In this document: positions 17,690 to 25,481 of the stretch, one piece after another
How positions within the stretch are numbered: position 1 is the stretch's first letter
Layout of the letters: the number at the start of each line of letters is the position of its first letter
Assembly: GCA_046497275.1 (NCBI GenBank)
Contig: JAWOFX010000022.1
Span: forward strand, 1-25,481
DNA from: Promethearchaeia archaeon
GTDB taxonomy: Archaea > Asgardarchaeota > Lokiarchaeia > Sigyniarchaeales > SOKP01
Reading direction: 5' to 3'
DNA: 25,481 bases
The notes under the pieces: model-generated
Told to the model about the DNA's origin: nothing
The model's database searches: none
What the model saw: only the letters and a program-made list of their open reading frames with translations
Position numbers and translations under genes: made by a program

Positions 17690-18121
17690 TTAATGATATC
17701 TCCCTGATGTAAAGATTAACCAGAAAAATCCGAAGACTCCAATAAGAAATGCAATAATGGTAATCCAATTCACCCAATTTGTAAGATCAACTGTCCCAAC
17801 ACCTATCCAAGTTAGTATTATTGCTAAACCTTCAACAATCATCAATGAAAGGATAACTATGGCTACTCCAAATGCCCATTCTTTTTCCCCAAACATAAAT
17901 ATACCTGCTAAAATACACCAAACACCCATTACTGCAGTTAATAAGCCAGAACCTCCAAAAAAGGAAACTGCTGCAGCGCCTAACCACTCTGGTGCTATTA
18001 TTCCAAACCAACCAAGAACATTAATAAATCCTCTCAAGACATAGAGTATTCCAAGTATTATTAGTAAAACGTTTAGCAATTCATTCGAATCTCTTTGTCG
18101 TCTATCATTCATATTTAACAC
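17690..18121 (-). CDS. Hypothetical 4-TM membrane protein
   Basis: 143-aa Gly/Trp-rich ORF with four hydrophobic helices, followed by a terminator. Confidence 0.75.
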   Translation of the reverse strand: MLNMNDRRQRDSNELLNVLLIILGILYVLRGFINVLGWFGIIAPEWLGAAAVSFFGGSGLLTAVMGVWCILAGIFMFGEKEWAFGVAIVILSLMIVEGLAIILTWIGVGTVDLTNWVNWITIIAFLIGVFGFFWLIFTSGRYH

Positions 18122-18349
18122 CTTTATTTTTTATTAATTTTATCATGTTAAATTATTTTCTTATATTTAAAGTTTCTGCATTAAAAATTAATATTAAATT
18201 AACTATAGGATGTTTAAACAAATTTTTGGATAAAAAAGTAAAATGTGTAAATATTGTTATGAACCTACAAGAAAAGTTTGATGTTTACAAAAAGAATCTT
18301 CTTGATATTTTTTAATTAAACAAATTTTAAAAATTGCTATTTATTTAGA

Positions 18350-18662
18350 TTATTCATCAAAAATTCGCTTAACATCTTTTATTAAACTATTATAAAAGTC
18401 TTTTTCAATCCAGAGACCATTATATCATTGTATCAAGAAGTTCCTTAAATGTGTTTATAAAATTTTTAGGTATAGCATCTAGAAGAACTTCAGTTGTCCA
18501 TTTTGTATTAATTCCCATTTTTGTCGCTAAATATATTAATTCTTTCCAAACCTCGATAGGCAAATATAGGCAAATAAATAGTATTATAAAGTTTTTTTAG
18601 GAGAGTGTTTAAATAATTCCCCAAAAAATAATAATTGGGGCAACATCTGATATGACAATCAT
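18350..18662 (-). pseudogene. Decayed DUF3368-type PIN-domain (VapC-like) toxin
   Basis: Fragments across frames: MIVISDVAPII / LLKKLYNTIYLP-IEVWKEL / LATKMGINTKWTTEVLLDAIPKNFI / NGLWIEKDFYNSLIKDVKRIFDE*. It has frameshifts, a 10-bp tandem duplication (18557-18576) and no central PIN segment. Confidence 0.75.
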
Positions 18663-18674
18663 TACATCTCATTT

Positions 18675-18899
18675 TTAATGGTGTATTGGTATTCTAGCTT
18701 TTGATCGAATGAGATCGAATTCTCTATAAGACATTCGTGCGATCTCAGATGCTCTACCAATAGATATCTCTCCTCTCATATAAAGTTCTAAAGCACTTTT
18801 TACTCTATTTGAAAGGGTATTAAAATACTCCCAATCTATGGGTTTCAATAAGTTTTCCTCATCAAACCAGTATTTTTTTTTATTTATTTCTTGAACCAT
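18675..18899 (-). CDS. UPF0175-family protein (putative antitoxin)
   Basis: ALELYMRGEISIGRASEIARMSYREFDLIRSKARIP is the UPF0175 HTH pattern. The likely start is ATG 18899 (MVQEINK) rather than 18941. It lies directly upstream of the PIN remnant. Confidence 0.8.
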   Translation of the reverse strand: MVQEINKKKYWFDEENLLKPIDWEYFNTLSNRVKSALELYMRGEISIGRASEIARMSYREFDLIRSKARIPIHH

Positions 18900-19208
18900 T
18901 AAAATCATCATCCCATCTAAAAATACTAAAAGGAATAACAACTGTAAAATTCTATTTAAAATAAAAATGAAGATTGTAAAACAAACAAAGGTTTATTTTC
19001 ATTTTTAATCTATAATATTTTTTGATAAATAAAAGTATGATTTTTACTTTCAACTAGATTGAAATCTTCGAAAATGATACCTATTTGGTCCAAACTCAAA
19101 GAATTTTAAATAAATTTAAATGGTAAAAATTATTTATTATAATCAGAGACAAAAAGACAAGCGAAACTTGTAATAATGAAAATAACAAAAAAGACGAAGT
19201 AGTAAGTT

Positions 19209-19832
19209 ATGAATTGTTTATCAACTGAAGATGTAAAAGAATGGAAAGGAAGAACAATCGAAATCGATGATTCTGGCACTGGAGATATCGTAGGAGATGC
19301 ATTTATTGGATTTCACGATGTCCCTACAGGAAAAATAATCTTTCGAGGAATACCTGTTGGACTTTATACTGAAGAAAATAGAAATCAAGACGGTCCAAAA
19401 AAGGCAATTCTTGAAGCTGTGAAAGATGGTTTAAAAAGCCTCAATTTCAATAAAGAAAAAGATCGAATCCTTCTCTGTCGAGGTAGTTGTTTTGACCTTG
19501 TGAGAGAATGGTTTGAACAAGAGGAATTAAACTATTTACCCGCGATTGTTGAGGGTAAACTGCAAGACGCAGTTGAGGGAAGATTTCTCTCTCATTTGAG
19601 ATCACTCGGAATAAAGTCTGGGAGGTTATCAAAAACCGCTGGAAAAGAACGATTTTTTATTTTATTTAATTGGGTTTGCGAAGATTTTCCTAATCGAGAA
19701 AGATTTGTTAAGAGGGGGTTCCCTGCTTGGCAAAAGCGTTGGCGAGCGAAAGCTCAGAAACGTTATGAAAGTAAAGCTCAAAAACGCAGTTTTATAAAAT
19801 CTCGAGCGAAGAAAATTATGCAGCAAATGTAA
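19209..19832 (+). CDS. Conserved hypothetical protein with RNase HII/HIII-like N-terminal acidic motif
   Basis: TIEIDDSGTGDIVGDAFIG resembles the RNase HII/HIII motif (G.DE.G.G...GP). The C-terminal tail is basic. Confidence 0.6.
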   Translation: MNCLSTEDVKEWKGRTIEIDDSGTGDIVGDAFIGFHDVPTGKIIFRGIPVGLYTEENRNQDGPKKAILEAVKDGLKSLNFNKEKDRILLCRGSCFDLVREWFEQEELNYLPAIVEGKLQDAVEGRFLSHLRSLGIKSGRLSKTAGKERFFILFNWVCEDFPNRERFVKRGFPAWQKRWRAKAQKRYESKAQKRSFIKSRAKKIMQQM

Positions 19833-20048
19833 TTGTTCTTTCTATTTTTTATCTATTAAATTATTGAAATTTTTATTTTTAGTTTTAGAAAATTATAATA
19901 ATAAAGATTCCCCCATCTTAATTTATGAATTAAGATTCAGTTATCCGTAAAATTTGAATATTATCAATTATTCCTTATTTTGTACTTAGAATATAAGGAA
20001 AAGTAATTCTTATCCTTATATCAAATTTTTAGATGATTTTTATTTAAA

Positions 20049-20651
20049 TTGGTGATATTATTGTCAGAAAATGAAGAAAAAAAAGAAAGTGAAAAAGAAG
20101 AAGAAATATACACATTTATAGAAGGAGAAAATATCGATTTAACACCAACTAATTCCGAACATGTTGAAATTTATGCTAAATGGACTAATTCAGAGAAAAT
20201 AAGAAAATATGCTCGTAATGAAGTGCCCCGAACTATTGAAGAGATGAAAAAAAGACATGAAAAACCAAAAGAAGGCCCTCGAGAACATATTGGGATGGAG
20301 ATATGGCATAAAAAAGATAAAAAACTAATTGGGATCGGGGGGTTGAATCATATAAACTGGTACGCTAGAACTGCTAATATTTTTATGCAGATTGGTGAGA
20401 TGGATTACTGGAGTCAAGGTATCGGAACGGAAGCAGCAAAACTGATAGTAGACTATGGGTTTATGGAACTTAATTTACACAAAATATATGCAGGAGTACT
20501 TTCTAAAAATGTAGGTTCCTGGACGTGTGCTGAGAAAGTTGGATTTATTCAAGAGGCGACCTTAAAAGAAGAGGCATATGTTGATGGGGAATATCTAGAT
20601 GTGAAAAAATTTTACATCTTAAAAAATGATTGGCTTAATAAAAAGGAATAA
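20049..20651 (+). CDS. GNAT N-acetyltransferase, RimJ/RimL family (copy 1)
   Basis: IGEMDYWSQGIGTEA acetyl-CoA motif, YGFMELNLHKI and NVGSWTCAEKVGF. The start is uncertain (TTG 20049, GTG 20052 or TTG 20061). Confidence 0.9.
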   Translation: MVILLSENEEKKESEKEEEIYTFIEGENIDLTPTNSEHVEIYAKWTNSEKIRKYARNEVPRTIEEMKKRHEKPKEGPREHIGMEIWHKKDKKLIGIGGLNHINWYARTANIFMQIGEMDYWSQGIGTEAAKLIVDYGFMELNLHKIYAGVLSKNVGSWTCAEKVGFIQEATLKEEAYVDGEYLDVKKFYILKNDWLNKKE

Positions 20652-20664
20652 ATAAATATTGGTT

Positions 20665-21259
20665 GTGACTGACGATTACAAATGAAAAACAGACTGACGA
20701 GGTTGTCCCTTTTTTAGATGGTGAAAAAATTTGCCTTATTCCAATAAATATGAATCATGTAAATTTATATATGAAGTGGATGAATAATCCTGAAGTTCGA
20801 AGATTTGCTCGTTCAATGATTCCAACCACTAAAGAGGAAATAAAAAAATACATAGAGAACCAAGCAAATAAAATTAAAGATAGTTTTAGTTTTGAAATAT
20901 ACCATAAAAAAGACAAAAAATCGATTGGAGATTGTGGTTTTAATAAAATAGATTGGGTAGATAGACGGGGAAATATCGGATTAGGAATAGGAGAACCGAA
21001 ATATTGGAATCAAGGCCTCGCATCCGAAGCAGTAAGATTGTTATTACAATATGGTTTTGAAGAACTTGACTTATATAAAATAACTGCAGATATTTTTTCT
21101 CCAAATATTGGTTCTTGGAAAGCTGCTGAAAAAGTGGGGATGAGGCGTGAAGCTGAGTTAAGTAGATACACATATATAGAGGGGGAATATGTGGATAATT
21201 TAATATATAGTATTTTTAAAAATGAATGGTTGAGTCAAAAAAATAAATTAAAGGCATAA
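20665..21259 (+). CDS. GNAT N-acetyltransferase, RimJ/RimL family (copy 2), with disrupted 5' end
   Basis: The ORF track starts at 20750, but in-frame homology continues upstream (DEVVPFLDGEKICLIP). The candidate starts GTG 20665 and ATG 20682 are out of frame. Core motif IGEPKYWNQGLASEA. Confidence 0.8.
20667..20700 (+). repeat. 9-bp direct repeat GACTGACGA flanking 16 nt
   Basis: Exact copies at 20667-20675 and 20692-20700. Confidence 0.85.
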
Positions 21260-21270
21260 AGGTTATTATT

Positions 21271-21834
21271 ATGAAAGATAAAGACAAAATTGGGAAATTT
21301 TTGGAAGGAGATATAATAAGTCTTATACCCTCTTATAAGGAACATATCCAATTATATTTAAAATGGATGAATGATCCCAATGTGAGGAGATTTTCAAGAA
21401 ATACGATCCCTCTTTCCTTGGATGAAATTAAAAAATGGTTTGAGCCTTCCGAGAATCGATATAAGGAGTTTATTGTATTTGAGATTTATCATAATAAGGA
21501 TGAAAAATCATTAGGTACTGCTGGATTAAATCGAATTAATTGGTTTGCTCGCCACGCCAATATGTTTGCTAATATCGGTGAAACTGATTATTGGGGTAAG
21601 AAAATTGCAACAGAAGTGGCAGGATTGGTATTAGACTATGGTTTTAAAGAACTTAATCTAAATAAGATTTATGCAAATATCGCAGTACCTAATATTGGGT
21701 CTTGGAAAGTAGCCGAGAAAGTAGGATTTATTTTTGAGAATATAACAAAAGATGAGTTTTATGTGGATGGGCAATATGTTGATGCTAAAAAGTATTATTT
21801 ACTAAAGGAAGACTGGTTCAAAAACAAGCATTAA
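21271..21834 (+). CDS. GNAT N-acetyltransferase, RimJ/RimL family (copy 3)
   Basis: IGETDYWGKKIATEV, YGFKELNLNKI and NIGSWKVAEKVGF. Confidence 0.9.
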   Translation: MKDKDKIGKFLEGDIISLIPSYKEHIQLYLKWMNDPNVRRFSRNTIPLSLDEIKKWFEPSENRYKEFIVFEIYHNKDEKSLGTAGLNRINWFARHANMFANIGETDYWGKKIATEVAGLVLDYGFKELNLNKIYANIAVPNIGSWKVAEKVGFIFENITKDEFYVDGQYVDAKKYYLLKEDWFKNKH

Positions 21835-22190
21835 TAAAATAAATGAAATCTGCTTTACATTGTAAATTATCATTATAATATAATTCCAATTTAGATTTCT
21901 TGTTTATTCATTATAATTTTAAAATCATGATTTACAATTCTTATCTTTCATAAGATTTACATTTAAAAGGATTCTTTTTTTAGGGATTAACATCAATATT
22001 TCCTTTATATCCCTTAAATTTTTACTCTGATATTTCTACAAACAACGAAACTTAAATGAAAACTAAAATTTTATGAAAACTCCTAATTATTAAATTAAGT
22101 TTGAGAAAGATCGATTTATACGTAATATATGGGCGTACATAATGATTTTTTAAATATTAAGGAATAATGTTAAATATTGTACAACTAAGA

Positions 22191-22200
22191 TATATATAAA
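22191..22200 (+). promoter_or_regulatory. Candidate TATA box of the aor operon
   Basis: TATATATAAA 19 nt before ATG 22220, with AGAGGT at 22206-22211. Confidence 0.4.
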
Positions 22201-22210
22201 CATTTAGAGG

Positions 22211-23956
22211 TTGAATGAAATGACTAAAAAAATATTACGAGTCAATATGAAGACTCTTGAAACTAAATTTGAGGATTTTCCTGAAAAATACGCTGCATTA
22301 GGAGGTCGTGGATTAACATCCACTATAATATCTGACGAAGTGCCACCAACTTGTAATCCATTAGGTCCACACAATAAACTAATTTTTGCTCCTGGTATCG
22401 TAACTGGGACAAAAGCCCCTAGTTCTGGTCGAATTTCAGTAGGATGTAAATCACCGTTAACTGGAGGAATAAAAGAAGCGAACGCAGGCACAAAATTTGC
22501 ACAAATGTTAGGTAGGATGCAAATTGCGGCAATAATCATCGAAGATAAGAATGAGGGAGATGATTATTATGCTCTAAAAGTCACGCAAGACAGTGCGGCT
22601 TTAGTTAATGCTAATAAATGGGCGAATAGAGGCTTATATGAAGTTTATAAGGAAATATTTGATGAGTTTGGAGAGCATGTTGGTATTGCGGGAGTTGGAA
22701 TTGCTGCTGAAATGTTAGCTGCAAATAGCGGAGTTTCATTTAATGACCCGGAAGGATTGCCTAGTAGATATGCAGGAAGAGGTGGAGTGGGAGCAGTAAT
22801 GGCTTCTAAAGGATTGAAATTTGTGGTTGTTGATGAAACGGGAGCACCTGGAGTCACATTGGCAGATGAAGAGGTTTTTAAACAAGGTACGAAGAAACTT
22901 GCGAAATCCCTTACCAGTCATGATGTCACTAAACCCCATGGTGCTTTAAATTCATATGGAACAAGTGTATTAATTAATATAATAAACGAAGCTCGTGGAT
23001 TGCCTCAATGTAATTTTCAACGAGGCCAATCAGAAGATTCCGCAAAAGTCTCTGGTGAGGCTAAAGCGGAGGCTGTAAAGGAGAGAGGGGGTACAAGACC
23101 ACATGCATGCCATCCCGGGTGTATTATGCAGTGTTCCGAAATATGGACTGATAAACAAGGAAAGAATCCCGTTGGAGTTCTGGAATATGAATCTGTATGG
23201 GCATTAGGTCCAAATTCTGGAATTTATGATTTAGATATTATTGGTGAATTAAATCGAGCGTGTAATGATTTAGGAATGGATACAATTGAAGCTGGCAATA
23301 CAATCGCAGTAAGTATGGATGGAGGTCTCCTTGAATTTGGAGATGGTAAAGGAGCTCTGGAACTTATGGATGAAATAAGAAATAAAACTCCGTTAGGCAG
23401 GATTCTAGCAAATGGAACAGAATTCACTGGAAAAGCATTTGGTGTGACGAGAATTCCGGTTGTTAAACATCAAGCATTACCAGCTTATGATCCAAGAGCA
23501 ATTAAAGGTATCGGAGTAACTTATGCTACCAGTCCTATGGGTGCAGATCACACTGCAGGTTATGCTATTGCCACAGAGATTATGGGTGTTGGCGGAGAAG
23601 CAGATCCCTTAGATACAAATAAATCTGAACTTTCCCGAAATCTACAAGCTGCTACTGCAGTGGTAGACACAGCAGGATATTGTTTATTCACTGCTTTTGC
23701 GGTGCTTGATATTCCAGAAGGATTAGAGGGAATGGTTGAAAGTGTTAATGGTGTTCTGGGATCTAATTTAACTGTTGATGATATTGGAACCATTGGAATG
23801 TCAATTCTCAAAACCGAAAGGGACTTTAATAAAGCCGCTGGATTTACGAAAGAAGATGATAGGCTTCCTGAATTTTTTAGAGAAGAGAAATTCCCACCTT
23901 CAGGAGAGGTTTTTGATGTTCCAGATGAAGAATTAGATAAAGTATTTGCTGAATAA
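22211..23956 (+). CDS. aor: Aldehyde:ferredoxin oxidoreductase family (tungstopterin) enzyme
   Basis: GGRG, SPLTGGIKEANAG, GRGGVGAVMASKGLK, CHPGCIMQC, EYES, DLGMDTIEAG, YDPR and SPMGADHTAG. The start is TTG 22211 or ATG 22220. Confidence 0.93.
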   Translation: MNEMTKKILRVNMKTLETKFEDFPEKYAALGGRGLTSTIISDEVPPTCNPLGPHNKLIFAPGIVTGTKAPSSGRISVGCKSPLTGGIKEANAGTKFAQMLGRMQIAAIIIEDKNEGDDYYALKVTQDSAALVNANKWANRGLYEVYKEIFDEFGEHVGIAGVGIAAEMLAANSGVSFNDPEGLPSRYAGRGGVGAVMASKGLKFVVVDETGAPGVTLADEEVFKQGTKKLAKSLTSHDVTKPHGALNSYGTSVLINIINEARGLPQCNFQRGQSEDSAKVSGEAKAEAVKERGGTRPHACHPGCIMQCSEIWTDKQGKNPVGVLEYESVWALGPNSGIYDLDIIGELNRACNDLGMDTIEAGNTIAVSMDGGLLEFGDGKGALELMDEIRNKTPLGRILANGTEFTGKAFGVTRIPVVKHQALPAYDPRAIKGIGVTYATSPMGADHTAGYAIATEIMGVGGEADPLDTNKSELSRNLQAATAVVDTAGYCLFTAFAVLDIPEGLEGMVESVNGVLGSNLTVDDIGTIGMSILKTERDFNKAAGFTKEDDRLPEFFREEKFPPSGEVFDVPDEELDKVFAE

Positions 23957-23965
23957 AAAGCAGCT

Positions 23966-24271
23966 ATGAATGTTCGAGTAAAAATTTTTGGGAATCTAAA
24001 GAAAAAACTAGATCTAAAAGATGATGGTGCTGGCATTCCTACTATAATTAATATTGAATTTGAAAATGATTCGGCGATAATAAAAGACCTTTTCGATAAA
24101 TTAAGTCTTGATATAGAGGAAACTAGCCATATTTTTGTTAACGGAGATTACGCTGGACTTAAGCGAAAAATTAGAGAAGGAGATACAATCGCAATATTTC
24201 CACGAGATATGGCATTATTATACAAATGGTACTTTAATCGAGAGGGAGATATTGAGCGTAGAGAATATTAA
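23966..24271 (+). CDS. MoaD/ThiS-like beta-grasp protein lacking the C-terminal Gly-Gly
   Basis: MNVRVKIFGNL...HIFVNG...IREGDTIAIFP, then RDMALLYKWYFNREGDIERREY instead of PxxGG. Confidence 0.8.
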   Translation: MNVRVKIFGNLKKKLDLKDDGAGIPTIINIEFENDSAIIKDLFDKLSLDIEETSHIFVNGDYAGLKRKIREGDTIAIFPRDMALLYKWYFNREGDIERREY

Positions 24272-24497
24272 GGTCACAGTTAAATTTTTTGCGAATTTAC
24301 AAAAATATGGACCTGAAAAATCAACTGAATACTTTCCAATGAATAGCACTGTGAATGATATCTTAGAGAAATATGATATTCCCAAAAATGAAATGAAATT
24401 GATAATCTTGATCAATGGAAAACCTCATCAGACCGAAAAAACAAGTTTAAAAGAAGGCGATATTGTTGCTATCTTTCCACCTCTCGCAGGTGGATAA
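24252..24497 (+). CDS. MoaD/ThiS/SAMP-like ubiquitin-fold sulfur carrier
   Basis: IKVTVKFFANL...LINGK...LKEGDIVAIFPPLAGG*. The probable start is TTG 24252 after GGGAG (24244-24248), not 24135. It overlaps the previous gene by 20 nt. Confidence 0.88.
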   Translation: MSVENIKVTVKFFANLQKYGPEKSTEYFPMNSTVNDILEKYDIPKNEMKLIILINGKPHQTEKTSLKEGDIVAIFPPLAGG

Positions 24498-24504
24498 TAA
24501 AAAA

Positions 24505-24521
24505 TCTTTTTTTTCTTTTTT
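24505..24521 (+). terminator. Oligo-T terminator of the aor operon
   Basis: T8-C-T6 tract about 10 nt after the stop codon. Confidence 0.6.
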
Positions 24522-24853
24522 GTTGGTTATTTTATTTATAGATTTTTGCAATCATTTTATATTAAATTTTCAAATTAAAATGTTTTATGTGTAGCATTTT
24601 CTTAAGAAAAGCCTATTTAAAAAACCTTATTATAAATAATTGTTTCATTCTGTAAAAGTATAAAATGAGAGTCTTAAAAAACAATTTTTATCATTCTCAA
24701 TAATATTAATATCATTCTTGATCTAAATCAATCAAAAATCCTTATTATATGTAAATATTTAAATATAAAACCTTCATCATTTTATCTGAAATCTAATTTA
24801 TATTAAGAAAAACCAGATAAATTCAATAGAATAATTAAAATAAAGTAGATATT

Positions 24854-25183
24854 ATGCCGTATGTATTTATAACTTCTTATATCCCGAATGAAAAAGTTGA
24901 AGAAGCCGCAAAAATACATCTTGACACAATCCGAGAGTTCAGAAAAAAAATAAGAGGATTGTCAAAAGAAATTGTAAATGCGGTAATAGCACGTAAGGAT
25001 TGTATAGAGGTCACTGGAATTCATGATATAAAAGAAGGAAATTTAGAAGAATTTTTACTACTCGAATCAAAAGATATGACAAATTATCTCAAAGTTCCGG
25101 GATACAGATATGAAATAGAAGTTCGATTTAAAATAACAGAAGCATTAGAAATGATAGGAATGAAAGCGATTGAACCCGAATAA
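24854..25183 (+). CDS. Hypothetical protein (possible ferredoxin-like/dimeric alpha+beta barrel fold)
   Basis: 109-aa ATG ORF with an alternating strand/helix pattern ending EVRFKITEALEMIG. The fold guess is tentative. Confidence 0.7.
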   Translation: MPYVFITSYIPNEKVEEAAKIHLDTIREFRKKIRGLSKEIVNAVIARKDCIEVTGIHDIKEGNLEEFLLLESKDMTNYLKVPGYRYEIEVRFKITEALEMIGMKAIEPE

Positions 25184-25481
25184 TAATTCAAATTAATAAC
25201 GATTGAAAAAAATCATTCGCTTTTTAATTTTAGAGGAGGCTCTGATTAAGTTCATTTATGTAAGAAATTTTAGCCATTTTTCAACTTCAGAATAAATTTT
25301 CTTCTTTTAAATGAAAATCTAAATCCTTTATAATCTATATATTAATTTCAAAGGAAAAACTCATGATAAGTTTAAAAATTAAATTTAATTGCTTTTTATT
25401 TCAAATTGCAGCAAAATATTAAGAAATTATAAACTAAATTTTAAAAAATAGTATTTCCTTTAAAAAATAAAATATTCAGTC

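Noticed and set aside
18900-18941. Hydrophobic N-terminal extension MLFLLVFLDGMMIL of the UPF0175 ORF
   Set aside because: Probably an upstream in-frame run in AT-rich DNA. ATG 18899 gives a typical family length.
22110-22136. ModE-like operator (ATCGATTTATA-cgtaa-TATATGGGCG) upstream of the tungsten enzyme
   Set aside because: The left arm fits, but the right arm is out of register with the ModE consensus as I recall it, and no ModE-type gene is in the window.
24135-24251. N-terminal 39 aa of the 120-aa ORF 24135-24497
   Set aside because: Lies inside the upstream Ubl gene. MoaD homology begins at IKVTVKFF, and TTG 24252 has an RBS-like GGGAG.
4838-24415. Short ORF-track entries overlapping real genes (4838, 5879, 8210, 9084, 9229, 9725, 10825, 12055, 12779, 12936, 17757, 19447, 20940, 22204, 22645, 22736, 23224, 23560, 24218)
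   Set aside because: Antisense or alternate-frame shadows of well-supported genes, with no recognisable motifs.
1-25481. CRISPR array, tRNA/rRNA genes, transposases, selenoprotein/SECIS signals
   Set aside because: No regularly spaced repeats, cloverleaf or rRNA-like GC-rich stretches, transposase motifs, or in-frame TGA within conserved genes were seen.

Overview
AT-rich archaeal chromosomal segment, most consistent with an Asgard archaeon (Lokiarchaeia-like). This is inferred from a tail-less archaeal histone and several eukaryotic-signature proteins. The most interesting part is 4210-8540, which holds an ~8-TM membrane protein with a C-terminal longin-like domain, a RING-H2/coiled-coil/TPR protein, and a divergently transcribed Roadblock + Rab-like GTPase + degenerate pseudo-GTPase fusion. 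Together they look like a candidate proto-eukaryotic membrane signalling module. The rest is mostly metabolism: a truncated GH4 glycosidase, Nudix, thiC, thiN, a LeuB-family dehydrogenase, an ADP-ribosylglycohydrolase/LarA-like/GH38 operon, three tandem RimJ/RimL GNATs, and a tungsten aldehyde oxidoreductase followed by two ubiquitin-like proteins (one lacking the GG tail). Elements absent from the ORF track were read from the sequence: the GH4 gene, a decayed DUF3368 PIN toxin behind a UPF0175 antitoxin, a duplicated gene-junction scar, and a 25-bp repeat-flanked insertion that breaks the start of GNAT-2. No rRNA, tRNA, CRISPR array or transposase was seen. All family assignments come from motif recognition by eye, not database searches.
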